Shown: positions 17,362 through 27,056 of the stretch, one piece after another | How the letters are laid out: every line of letters begins with the position of its first letter | How positions within the stretch are numbered: position 1 is the stretch's first letter | Assembly: GCA_964602245.1 (NCBI GenBank) | Contig: CAZRPY010000001.1 | Coordinates: 152,246 to 216,245, forward strand | DNA: 64,000 nucleotides | From: an uncultured Methanosarcinales archaeon | GTDB lineage: Archaea > Nanobdellota > Nanobdellia > Woesearchaeales > JACPIF01 | Reading direction: 5' to 3' | Position numbers and translations under genes: made by a program | Notes under the pieces: generated by a model | The model's database searches: none | Seen by the model: the letters and a program-made list of their open reading frames with translations, nothing else | Told to the model about the DNA's origin: nothing

Positions 17362-20052
17362 TTAAGTTGACCTTAACTTAGATGTGAGATCTTGCCATAC
17401 TTCATTGCCTATTTGATATCTGCTAGAGACTGTTACTATGGATTCTGATTGATTACAGAAGAGGATGTTTACTCCTGCTGAAGCTCTTTCCTTGTTTATC
17501 TCCTGGACTAGTGAGCAGACATCAATAGATGGGTTGCTGTATTGTATGCTTAAATAAGGATCATTTCTAATTATCTCTATTACACCTTTAACTGACTTGT
17601 CTCCAGAGCTAGATATATACAATCTGCTAAACTTCTTTGTTGATTGCAAGAAAGATAAGTCAACTTGGACTCCTTCATAAGAGGGCTTTGTCTCTTGGAT
17701 TTTGCCAAAAATCTTGGAAAAAGGACTCTTCAAGAGTAGGATAAATTTATCAAAGAAATTTATTTGTGGATTTAGGTTTATTGATGTTTTGCTAAATACT
17801 ATTGCTTTTATTTTATTATTATACCAAGCCAGTGGGCTTGTGCAAGAATGAAATTGTCCGTCATTTGCTAGTGCATTATTGCAGTAACTTATAGGTAATT
17901 CAAATGCTTCAAGAATTGAAGGATCTTTATTAATAATAGTGTTTATTGTTGTTCCAACTATTATATTGCTCTTAGTTTTTAAAACACAAAAGTTATTAGA
18001 GCAAGGTAATTGAGTAGCGTTTATGGCACAACTAGTTATTAAATCTGTTTTTACATTAAAGCCACTTGGCAAGGAATATTCAAAATTGTTTAGTACATTA
18101 GAAAAGATATCGCAATAAAGTGTATAATTACCTAGACTAGTACTTTCAGCACTGTCAAGCATTGCTAATGCTAGTAACTTAGTTCTAGCACTCCAATTTC
18201 CTTCTTCACAATAATTATCTCCTATATACTGAGTGTCATTAATGCATTGGATATTGTTATTTAAAGCTGCTGAGAAATCTTGGGTAAAGTTCTCAATTAA
18301 GCCATTTTTACTGTTAGAGCTAGTTGGATTAACTAAGCATTGAGTTTTTTTGGGGCAATAGCCTTGAGCACTTTCATCCGAATTGGTTTTTAATGGTGAT
18401 TCTGACCATTCTCCTTTAATGCATCTATTTCCATTAATAGCACTGCTTATGGCTGAAGTAGACTGATCATTTAAGCATTTAGAGCCATCCCAGCATTGAG
18501 TTGCTGTACAGCACTCTTCTTGAGGAACACTAGAATCTGTCCAACCAAGTTTTTTTAGGGAATCTCTAACTTCTGCAGATCTGTTCCATATACCTCTGGA
18601 TGAGCAAAATGAATGTTGGCCCTGCTGAAAGCCATTTAGTATTACTGCGCAAAACTGGTTGTTATGTACTAACTCTTTGGCTGTAATAGAATCTTTTAAT
18701 GCTTTTAAACTTGGCTTTGAATCTGTATTACAGCCTTCAAATGAGCCATTTGCATTAATAACCTCTTTCTGAATAGGATTGGTGTTGCTTGTAACATAAT
18801 TCTTGTTGAATACAGGAATACCATTCCAACAGGCTATGCTTTTATTAGGTTCGTTATAATACTCTTCAGAATCGTCGCCACAGCATCTTGTGCCTGTCCA
18901 TGTATATTGGCCATTAGATGTACAAGCCTGAGCACTTGAATCTCCATCTCTCCACTGACCATTATCACATAGGAAGTTATTGGTTGTATTTGACCACTCG
19001 CCTGCGGAATAGCACTTATTGAGAAAATTACAGTCAGAACTGCTTGAGCAGCAAGATTCTGTATCATCAATCAGGTCTCCTTTGCTTACAGTGATATATT
19101 CTTCAAAATCATCGCCACAGCATTTATCTGGGTTTTGTGAGCCGCCTATTGACCACTCTGTGCCATTACAAGAATTGCACCAATCTTCTCCTGTGTCTAA
19201 GTCAACTGGAGTAAAAGAGCAACTTCCTGAGGAGCAGCCATAATCTCTAGCACTGCAAACACCGCCATTTCCACATTTGCCATCACACTTTGGCTGAGAG
19301 GCTATATTTGGTCTATTAGGAGCTAATGAATCATAGATATTACAGTCTACTGTTTTAGTTTCTGACTTTAAGCCATTACATCTTGAAGTTGTTAGAGTGT
19401 TGCCTGAACAAGAGCTTGTTAAGCTTCTGTCTTCTCCGCATTTACCAGTATCTGAGCCTGAGATAATACAGCCTTCATTGTCTATAATTGTAATTTGGCC
19501 AAAATCGTTATATTGAGTAGGACCTATGCAATTATCTACACCACAGTTTCCTTGATCCTTTCCTTTGTGGCAGCCTCTAGTAGCTACACAATAATTGTCT
19601 GAGAGCTTGTCACAGCATCTCTTTTCAGTGTCCCAGAATGAGTTTGCTATGCAGGAGCATGCTGAGCTTGAATCATCTGGGTTTTTCTGGCCACTAGTTG
19701 AGGTTGTCTGAGGGACTGTACACTTACACTGTGCAGGATTGCTTTCTATGCAGACCTGTTGTGAGTAATAAACTTTAAATTCGTCTATGGTTAATGTGCC
19801 AAAGGATGCGAACTCATCTCTTTGGTCATAACAGCCAGGGCTGTATGTTAAGCATGGAGGTGGTGTCTGGCAAGTTCCTGAAATACATACTAAGCCAGAG
19901 TTACAACTAGAGCCGCCACAGCACATCTGACCATTGCCACCGCATGGAGGGGGAGATGGAGGAGGAGGCTCGCCTTTGCTCATGACTATTGAAGATAAAA
20001 CAAGAATAAATGTGAAAATACAGATTACTTGTAAAACTCTTTTTTTATTCAT
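17362..20052 (-). CDS. Secreted Cys-rich protein (896 aa) with a Pro-rich linker after the signal peptide
   Basis: It has a signal peptide followed by GEPPPPSPPPCGGNGQMCCGGSSC. The motif CCGDDxEEY occurs twice, and W-containing Cys modules (CDNGQWRD, CIKGEWSE, CEEGNWSA) also repeat. Confidence 0.6.
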   Translation of the reverse strand: MNKKRVLQVICIFTFILVLSSIVMSKGEPPPPSPPPCGGNGQMCCGGSSCNSGLVCISGTCQTPPPCLTYSPGCYDQRDEFASFGTLTIDEFKVYYSQQVCIESNPAQCKCTVPQTTSTSGQKNPDDSSSACSCIANSFWDTEKRCCDKLSDNYCVATRGCHKGKDQGNCGVDNCIGPTQYNDFGQITIIDNEGCIISGSDTGKCGEDRSLTSSCSGNTLTTSRCNGLKSETKTVDCNIYDSLAPNRPNIASQPKCDGKCGNGGVCSARDYGCSSGSCSFTPVDLDTGEDWCNSCNGTEWSIGGSQNPDKCCGDDFEEYITVSKGDLIDDTESCCSSSSDCNFLNKCYSAGEWSNTTNNFLCDNGQWRDGDSSAQACTSNGQYTWTGTRCCGDDSEEYYNEPNKSIACWNGIPVFNKNYVTSNTNPIQKEVINANGSFEGCNTDSKPSLKALKDSITAKELVHNNQFCAVILNGFQQGQHSFCSSRGIWNRSAEVRDSLKKLGWTDSSVPQEECCTATQCWDGSKCLNDQSTSAISSAINGNRCIKGEWSESPLKTNSDESAQGYCPKKTQCLVNPTSSNSKNGLIENFTQDFSAALNNNIQCINDTQYIGDNYCEEGNWSARTKLLALAMLDSAESTSLGNYTLYCDIFSNVLNNFEYSLPSGFNVKTDLITSCAINATQLPCSNNFCVLKTKSNIIVGTTINTIINKDPSILEAFELPISYCNNALANDGQFHSCTSPLAWYNNKIKAIVFSKTSINLNPQINFFDKFILLLKSPFSKIFGKIQETKPSYEGVQVDLSFLQSTKKFSRLYISSSGDKSVKGVIEIIRNDPYLSIQYSNPSIDVCSLVQEINKERASAGVNILFCNQSESIVTVSSRYQIGNEVWQDLTSKLRST

Positions 20053-20055
20053 TTT

Positions 20056-20580
20056 TTATTTCACATCTAATATAAAGTTAATAGCAGCATAATTATGGTT
20101 AGGATCTCCGTAAGGGAAATCTGTATTTCTGGCATAAATAGTAAATTCTGCAGTGCCTATAAAATCGTTATTATGATACTCAATAGGAACAAGTTTTATT
20201 TCTTTTGACTCTAAAATAAAAGGTTTATTGTCATATTCAAATACTCCTGATTTTATAATACCAGCTTCATTATCCTGGTATACTTCTTTTATATCTATTT
20301 GCAAATTTAGATTTCTATTTAATTGATTGGATATGCCTATTAAGAATGTAAATTTCTCTTTATCTCTTGCACTTGGTTCTTCATCATCTATCCATATCTT
20401 TTCATTAGAATGTTTTAGCTGTGAAAGGATATATGCTTTTTCAGTTTTGTAATCATCTAGGATACAGTCACAATTTGGATAAAGGCCTGTTGTGCTATAT
20501 GTTAATATTAGAATCAGAACTATAATGAATAATATAGCTATAGATTTATAGAGATTGCTTATCACCGCTTTTTTACTCAT
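20056..20580 (-). CDS. Membrane-anchored hypothetical protein; first gene of the minus-strand surface-protein array
   Basis: It has an N-terminal TM helix (IAILFIIVLILILTY). Confidence 0.5.
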   Translation of the reverse strand: MSKKAVISNLYKSIAILFIIVLILILTYSTTGLYPNCDCILDDYKTEKAYILSQLKHSNEKIWIDDEEPSARDKEKFTFLIGISNQLNRNLNLQIDIKEVYQDNEAGIIKSGVFEYDNKPFILESKEIKLVPIEYHNNDFIGTAEFTIYARNTDFPYGDPNHNYAAINFILDVK

Positions 20581-20654
20581 GGTTTAAAAGATATAATAGA
20601 GCTTATTTAAATATTTCTTATTATAACTGCTTATAACGGCTAAAAGCCTTCTGA

Positions 20655-21023
20655 ATGGGTTTAGTAAGTTTTATAAAAAGCAGTATAATTACTAGATTTA
20701 TGCTAGGGGTTAATATTATTGGCAAAATTAATGGTAAGAAGTTGGATTTATCAAATTTGGAAAAGAAAATAAGCAAGGCTACTAAACTGACTGGGCTTAA
20801 GATTGTCAAGAAGGTTTTTTATAAATTTGGCTCTAAGAAAGAAGCTACTTATTGCTTCGTTTTATCTCAGTCTCACTTAATAATACATACGTGGCCTGAG
20901 AAGAATATAATAGTTTTTGATTTATTCACATGTGGGAATAAAAATAAAGGGTTGAAAGCTATTAAAAATATAGCTAAATACACAAAAGGAACTATAAAAG
21001 ATATAAAAATAATAGAATTATGA
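20655..21023 (+). CDS. speH: S-adenosylmethionine decarboxylase proenzyme (pyruvoyl-dependent, SpeH/SpeD class)
   Basis: It is about 120 aa with the core HLIIHTWPE...FTCG, typical of small archaeal and bacterial AdoMetDC. It is translationally coupled to speE by an ATGA overlap. Confidence 0.7.
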   Translation: MGLVSFIKSSIITRFMLGVNIIGKINGKKLDLSNLEKKISKATKLTGLKIVKKVFYKFGSKKEATYCFVLSQSHLIIHTWPEKNIIVFDLFTCGNKNKGLKAIKNIAKYTKGTIKDIKIIEL

Positions 21024-22621
21024 AATCTAAACCAATTTTAAAGGGTTTTGAAGCAGATTATTGGATAATCTTTCTTGTTATGTTTTTAACTGGATTTTCA
21101 AGTTTGCTTTATGAGATTGTATTATTACTTGTATTCTCTACAATAATTGGAGCTACTGAGATTTCTCTGGCTATAATCTTGTCTTCATTCTTATTGGGTC
21201 TTGCAATTGGTGGCTTGCTTGGGGGGTTTATATCAAAAAAGAATTTTAATCATATTCTCATTTTAATTTTTATAGAAATCATTATAGCTATATTTGCTTT
21301 TAGTGCTATGTTTCTCATGAAAAATATTGCCTTAATACAGTCAAGATCATTTTTACAATTTTTATTTATAATAATTCTTGTTCTAATTCCTACCTTCTCA
21401 ATGGGAATGGAAATTCCAATAGCCGTGAGGATTTTATCTGCTAGAAGGAAAAAACATCCAACTGGTTTTGTTTATTTCAGTGATACTTTGGGAGGTGTTT
21501 TAGGCTCACTATTTTCTGGACTGTTGGTTATTCCTGTGCTTGGTTTTCATGGAGCAATGATTTTTGGAGGGATATTAAATATTATTGCTGCTTTAATGGG
21601 TATGCTGCTAAATATAAAATTGAGGTTAAGAAAGTTATTGTCTATTTTAATTATGATAATTCTGATTATATCAACTATATTTGTTATCAATAGCAGGGAA
21701 AGATTTTATAATCTTGAATTGGATTTTTTTGATACTATTTATAATAAAAAGGATTTCTATTATGCTAAGACTATTTATTCAGTTATAAGCCCTTTTCAGT
21801 CTATTATAATAGCTAACTCACCTTATTATGGGAATCAATTGTATATTAATGGAGAGCTACAAGTCTCTGATTATGATTCTTTAATTTATCATGAATACTT
21901 AGTTTTGCCTTCAATAGCTGCTCATCCTCATCCTAAGAAAGTTTTAGTTATAGGAGGTGGTGATGGAGGGGCTTTATATCAGATACTTAAATATAATTTC
22001 ACTAAGATTGAGCATGTTGAGTTGGATGAGAAGGTAATAGAGGTTTCAAGGAGTTATTTGAAAAATGTGCATAACGGCTCACTAGATAATCCTAGAGTAA
22101 ATACTATAACTGAAGATGGTAGGTATTATTTGGCTAATAATCAGGAAAAATATGATATAATTGTTATAGATTTGCCAGACCCATTAAAATTAGAATTGTC
22201 TGCTTTATACTCACAAGAATTCTATCAGTTGGTCTATAACTCTTTAGAGGAGGATGGCATTATGGTGACTCAGGCAAATTCTCCATATCATTATCTCATA
22301 GCTCATGCTTCTATTTATAAAACTATTAAAAGTGTTTTTCCAAATGTTAAAAGCTATACTATTCCTATTTCTTCGATGAGTAGCATGGGTTATATAATAG
22401 CCTCCAAAAATATAATATTAGAAAATGTTAGCAATAGACAAAAGATAGATGGTAAATGGTATAATAGTAATGACCATGAGAAAATATTTTATGAGCCTGA
22501 ATTTTTAAGAGAATTCTTAGAAAATAATAGCATATTAATTTCTACAGACACTAACCCAATAATACATATCTATAGTCAACCTAATTATTACGTTAAGGGT
22601 ATATTAGATATAGAAAAATGA
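21020..22621 (+). CDS. speE: Spermidine synthase with an N-terminal multi-TM membrane domain
   Basis: The C-terminal half has VLVIGGGDGGALYQIL and DIIVIDLPDP, which are aminopropyltransferase motifs. The N-terminal roughly 230 aa are highly hydrophobic with multiple TM segments. Confidence 0.8.
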   Translation: MKSKPILKGFEADYWIIFLVMFLTGFSSLLYEIVLLLVFSTIIGATEISLAIILSSFLLGLAIGGLLGGFISKKNFNHILILIFIEIIIAIFAFSAMFLMKNIALIQSRSFLQFLFIIILVLIPTFSMGMEIPIAVRILSARRKKHPTGFVYFSDTLGGVLGSLFSGLLVIPVLGFHGAMIFGGILNIIAALMGMLLNIKLRLRKLLSILIMIILIISTIFVINSRERFYNLELDFFDTIYNKKDFYYAKTIYSVISPFQSIIIANSPYYGNQLYINGELQVSDYDSLIYHEYLVLPSIAAHPHPKKVLVIGGGDGGALYQILKYNFTKIEHVELDEKVIEVSRSYLKNVHNGSLDNPRVNTITEDGRYYLANNQEKYDIIVIDLPDPLKLELSALYSQEFYQLVYNSLEEDGIMVTQANSPYHYLIAHASIYKTIKSVFPNVKSYTIPISSMSSMGYIIASKNIILENVSNRQKIDGKWYNSNDHEKIFYEPEFLREFLENNSILISTDTNPIIHIYSQPNYYVKGILDIEK

Positions 22622-23586
22622 GTGTAAATGAAAAAAAATGGCTTATAATAATTCTTGTATTAGTTCTACCTTTAACATATGCTCATAATATAGATTATTT
22701 GCCTTTGAAGGATAATATTATAACTAAAGCAATAGAAGAAAATGTAACTATTCAAAATTATATAGAAAAATGCAATACCTATAATAGGACTCCTTTATTT
22801 AATGTCTGTATGGCTCCTTATTATAAGAATTTGGCAAAAACGATGAAGGCTGAGGAGGTGTTATTTAGAGCTGAGAATGATTTAAATATGTTTCCTAATA
22901 TAACAGATTGTCATTTTATTGCGCATGAGGTGGGATCAGTAAATTTTGAGAAAAATGGATATAATATAGCTAAATCTATTAGTGATTGTGGAACCGTTTG
23001 GCTTTGTGGTGGCGGTTGTCATCATCAAGTTTTTATTGACATTTTAGAGAATAAAAGTGAGGAAGATTTGATAAGTATAAGCAGTAAAGTCTGTTCAAGT
23101 GACGATTCTAATCTGCCTGAAGATTTTGAATATCTGTGCTATCATTCATTAGGGCATGGATTGCTTTTAGTTTCTGAATATAATTTAAATAAATCTGTAA
23201 AATATTGCTATAATAAAGATGAAGATTATTATTATGAATGTCTTGATGGAATTTTTCACCAATATTATTTTCCTAAGCTGGATTATGAATTTGATACTAT
23301 TGCCAGGAATATAGAAGTATTATGTCCTAGATATTTATCTGGATTGGCAAGAAAGACTTGTTTTGAGAGAGCTGGAAAGTTTGCTTTAAGCTATTTTGGG
23401 TACCATGATAGTAAAGCTTTTTCAAACGGGTTTGAATTATGCAATGGGTTAAGATTTGCAGATAAGGTTAAATGCTTGAATGGATTATTTGTTTTTCCTG
23501 AGAATTGTGACATAGGGGAGATGAATTGTAAGTATATGTTTTATAAAGCAAAAGTAATGAATTATGCAATTGAATTATTTAGTTAA
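22618..23586 (+). CDS. Secreted Cys-rich hypothetical protein
   Basis: It has a signal peptide (MSVNEKKWLIIILVLVLPLTYA) and many Cys. Confidence 0.5.
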   Translation: MSVNEKKWLIIILVLVLPLTYAHNIDYLPLKDNIITKAIEENVTIQNYIEKCNTYNRTPLFNVCMAPYYKNLAKTMKAEEVLFRAENDLNMFPNITDCHFIAHEVGSVNFEKNGYNIAKSISDCGTVWLCGGGCHHQVFIDILENKSEEDLISISSKVCSSDDSNLPEDFEYLCYHSLGHGLLLVSEYNLNKSVKYCYNKDEDYYYECLDGIFHQYYFPKLDYEFDTIARNIEVLCPRYLSGLARKTCFERAGKFALSYFGYHDSKAFSNGFELCNGLRFADKVKCLNGLFVFPENCDIGEMNCKYMFYKAKVMNYAIELFS

Positions 23587-24566
23587 ATATTCCAATGAGT
23601 TATGACATATTCCTGCATAAGTTTCGGAATACGTTCATTTACTGTAACAATATTACATCCATAAAACCAGTCTTCACCACCTCCCCAACGTGATATTAGA
23701 GGTTGTTTGTCCAAATCGTGATAAGATTCTTCAAACTTTTTAAAAAGAATATTTCTAGATTTCTCTGTTAAAATTTTTGGCCCTAGGTCATCATAAAACA
23801 AAAGTAGGAAATAGCCAGTAACTTTAGGTTCAAAATATTTAAAATAATTATCAATATTATCATTCTGTATAATGAAATTAATTAATTGTTGATTAGTGTC
23901 AAAAACATTTTTTGCAAGAGAAGAGTTCAGATTTAGCATTGTAATAAAATTAGAAATAATTATAGCATCGATGTCCTCATGCCAGTCTACACTACTCCAT
24001 ACACGAACAATATTTTTCCTATTACAGTTAATTTTTGTACATACCTCATTAAAAGGATATGATAAAGGTTCATTAGAAAGAAAATTAGTTAATACATCTT
24101 CTGAAATTTTATCTTCATAGTAACGATGACCCCATCCTGTATCATCAGCATCATAATATAATTTAATATTTTCTTTTCCTAAAAAGTAGTTTTTACCATC
24201 TGTAAGGATTTTTTCTGGCCACCAACCAATTAACTTATCTTTACCAAAAGATATTATTATGTTATTTAAATCCGGATTCATAGTTCCAGTTAAGGAGTTT
24301 TCTAACATGGCTTCCAAAAGTAGCCAGCCATTAGTCTCAACTAGTTTGCCATGAGATTTATTATTTTTGTCTAGAAAGAGAATATAATTGTGTTTTAATA
24401 TAGATTCATTCTCATTTAAATTATAATTAACTTGTATATTGCAATTTTCTTCTTTGGATAAATATTTAGTTAAAAATAGTATAAAAAATAAAATAAAGAA
24501 GATTATGGGTAAAGAAAGTTGTTTGAAGTGTAATTTAAATAAATTATTCTTATGGTATTTCTTCAT
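23583..24566 (-). CDS. Secreted or membrane-anchored hypothetical protein
   Basis: The N-terminal region is hydrophobic (LPIIFFILFFILFL). Confidence 0.45.
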   Translation of the reverse strand: MKKYHKNNLFKLHFKQLSLPIIFFILFFILFLTKYLSKEENCNIQVNYNLNENESILKHNYILFLDKNNKSHGKLVETNGWLLLEAMLENSLTGTMNPDLNNIIISFGKDKLIGWWPEKILTDGKNYFLGKENIKLYYDADDTGWGHRYYEDKISEDVLTNFLSNEPLSYPFNEVCTKINCNRKNIVRVWSSVDWHEDIDAIIISNFITMLNLNSSLAKNVFDTNQQLINFIIQNDNIDNYFKYFEPKVTGYFLLLFYDDLGPKILTEKSRNILFKKFEESYHDLDKQPLISRWGGGEDWFYGCNIVTVNERIPKLMQEYVITHWNI

Positions 24567-24572
24567 TTTTTC

Positions 24573-26042
24573 CTAAAAATAATACAACATAATAAAAGTA
24601 TATATGCCTAACAAAGATGAAATAAAATATACTATTCTTTCATCACCTTTTTTATAATAAAGATAACTAGTAATTATAGATAAAATTAATGCTATAGTTA
24701 AGAATGTGATCTCTCTAATGAAGAATGTTGGTAGATTTAATACTAAGAACAATAAAGCGGTAACTATATTTTTCCCTTTTTCTTTTCCAAATAAAGTATA
24801 AAAGTTAATCACTTTATTTCTTGAATCTCCTTTAATATCTTTAAAATCTTTTGTAAAAGAGGTTACTAGTCCAAAAAAGAAAAGTATAGTACAAAATTGT
24901 ATATTTTTTATATTTAATATGTATGCTAAATCATTAACAACTAAGAATCCTACAGCAAAACATAGAATTAAGCTAATTCCTATTATTATTTGACCCAAAA
25001 AACTCTTCCTTAGCCTAAAAGGTGGAACTGAATATAAAAATCCTAATATTAAGCCTAGTACTATTAAAAATAAAACTTTCAAATTTATTATAGCTGAGAA
25101 AGATATAGCTAAACCTGTAAATATTAATGCTAAATTTTTATGCTCTTCTTTATTTAATATTTTTTTAACTAGTGGCCTTTCTTTATTACTGATTTTATCT
25201 ATATTATAATCATAAATATCATTCAAGACTACAGAGAATTGTCTGACAAAGAATATAGCTATTATTGCATAAGCTACATAATAAAAATTTAGGCTATATC
25301 CTAAAGATTTAGCTGCTAAAGAACCTATAAAAGTGGCAAGTATAAAAATTATTGCTAATAAAGGTCTAAAGCCAAATAAAATTGATTTAAGCTTTTCTTT
25401 AGAATGAAAATAATATAACATACTAGATAATACAATTAAAGGAAAGAAATAATATATCGGAAGAAAATAGTCATAATAAAAATCCCCTTTGCTTTCTCCA
25501 AAAAATATGTCTGGAGTTGAAATTAGAGCTATAATGAATGTTGTTAAGAAGATTGAGATTAAAGCTAATAATAAAGACTTCCTACTATAATAAGTATATA
25601 ATCCAATAGCTATTACTGCTATTAATAACTCAATTATAATGCCATTACTTGCGTCTCCCTTTAATAAGGAAATTGTTAAAAAATTGTAAATGAAATTACC
25701 TTTAGTAGCATAGTCATACCCTTTGGTTTGATTATAAATAAAATAGTCTATTAAAGGGGGAAGAAGAATTACTGGATAAAGTCTAATGCCAAAATTTGTA
25801 ATTTCTAAAAAACTCTTTTTAGCTATTTTAAATAAAATTATAGATATAAGTAAAAATGCGATAATAAAATAATATAAATTTTCCAAATAAAATCTTATAT
25901 AATCTTGAGTGCCATCTAGTTCAATAGGATATTCTAATAATGCCCATTCTATGAGAACTCTTAGAGTAGCTAGGATAAAAATAAAAATAATAATTTCTTT
26001 AATACTAAATTTTCTTCTTATAAATTGCTTAATTGATTCCAT
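24573..26042 (-). CDS. UbiA-family prenyltransferase with an N-terminal membrane extension
   Basis: It is polytopic. The Asp-rich motif NDIYDYNIDKISNKERP (NDxxDxxxD) is typical of UbiA-family prenyltransferases, including the archaeal lipid family DGGGP synthase. Confidence 0.65.
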   Translation of the reverse strand: MESIKQFIRRKFSIKEIIIFIFILATLRVLIEWALLEYPIELDGTQDYIRFYLENLYYFIIAFLLISIILFKIAKKSFLEITNFGIRLYPVILLPPLIDYFIYNQTKGYDYATKGNFIYNFLTISLLKGDASNGIIIELLIAVIAIGLYTYYSRKSLLLALISIFLTTFIIALISTPDIFFGESKGDFYYDYFLPIYYFFPLIVLSSMLYYFHSKEKLKSILFGFRPLLAIIFILATFIGSLAAKSLGYSLNFYYVAYAIIAIFFVRQFSVVLNDIYDYNIDKISNKERPLVKKILNKEEHKNLALIFTGLAISFSAIINLKVLFLIVLGLILGFLYSVPPFRLRKSFLGQIIIGISLILCFAVGFLVVNDLAYILNIKNIQFCTILFFFGLVTSFTKDFKDIKGDSRNKVINFYTLFGKEKGKNIVTALLFLVLNLPTFFIREITFLTIALILSIITSYLYYKKGDERIVYFISSLLGIYTFIMLYYF

Positions 26043-26399
26043 GTTTTAAAATACTAATATATTAAATTGGATAAAGGAGTTATGTCTTTTTTACTTTTTC
26101 CTTACTAAAGGTCTTAAAATCGGAATATCTCTATTTATGTTATTAAGATTTTGTATATTAGATAATTTTTTGTGTATATTTCATTATACCTAACAATACG
26201 GCAATATTATATTTTAGATGAGTAGGAATATAACTCGTTGATAAAGATTATTATAAGTTTATTAACGCTATATAATTGCTTTATAAGCCTTAATACATAG
26301 GAAGAGAAGGGGGTATATAAATCTGGATATATGTATTTAAAAACAAAAGTATTTATAAAGGATTTATAAATACCATTTAAATTATGCTGGGGTGGGTAG

Positions 26400-26960
26400 A
26401 TGGCTAAAAAGCAGCAAAGGACTCAGAAAGAGATTAAAGTGGTAAATATTGTGGTTTCTACTTCTTTAAAGCATGATATTCCATTAGAAAAGATGGCTGC
26501 AACATTAAGCAATACAGAATACAATCCTGAGCAATTCCCAGGGCTTGTAATAAGGATAAAGGAGCCAAAGACTTCTGCTTTAATCTTTAGCTCTGGCAAG
26601 ATAGTATGCACAGGAGCTAGGTCAATGGATAAGGTTCATGAGTCTATAAACAAGATAATTAAAAGCCTTGAGAAAATAAAGGTAAAAATAACTATAAAGC
26701 CTGAGGTTAAAATCCAGAATATTGTTGCTTCTGGCAGTGTTGGAATGGATTTAAACCTTAACACTTTGGCTATGAAACTAGATAACACTGAATATGAGCC
26801 TGAGCAGTTTCCAGGACTAGTTTATAAGCTTGATGAGGCTAAGGCAACATTCCTTCTATTCAGCAATGGTAAGGTTGTTTGCACTGGAACTAAGAGCGAG
26901 AAAGAGGTTAGCCAGGCTTTAGATAAGTTAATTATTAATCTAAAGAAAGTTGGAGCTTAG
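26400..26960 (+). CDS. tbp: TATA-box binding protein
   Basis: Two direct repeats of the TBP fold are present (PGLVIRIKEPKTSALIFSSGKIVCTGA and PGLVYKLDEAKATFLLFSNGKVVCTG). It is 186 aa. Confidence 0.95.
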   Translation: MAKKQQRTQKEIKVVNIVVSTSLKHDIPLEKMAATLSNTEYNPEQFPGLVIRIKEPKTSALIFSSGKIVCTGARSMDKVHESINKIIKSLEKIKVKITIKPEVKIQNIVASGSVGMDLNLNTLAMKLDNTEYEPEQFPGLVYKLDEAKATFLLFSNGKVVCTGTKSEKEVSQALDKLIINLKKVGA

Positions 26961-26973
26961 GGCTTAGATATAG

Positions 26974-27002
26974 CACTGGTCACTGGACATGTTCACGTGA
27001 GG
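26974..27002 (+). promoter_or_regulatory. Conserved motif cactggtcactggaca-N4-cacgtgagg immediately upstream of a TATA-like box for mcm
   Basis: A near-identical copy lies at 51553-51581 upstream of the cas4-like gene. It is followed by ttttatac. Confidence 0.4.
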
Positions 27003-27056
27003 CTTTTATACTAGAGAGTATTAGTTATTTAGGATTATTATGATTACAGATAAAGT

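Noticed and set aside
20621-20809. 62-aa minus-strand ORF overlapping the speH start
   Set aside because: It overlaps a well-supported conserved gene on the opposite strand and is probably a spurious AT-rich ORF.
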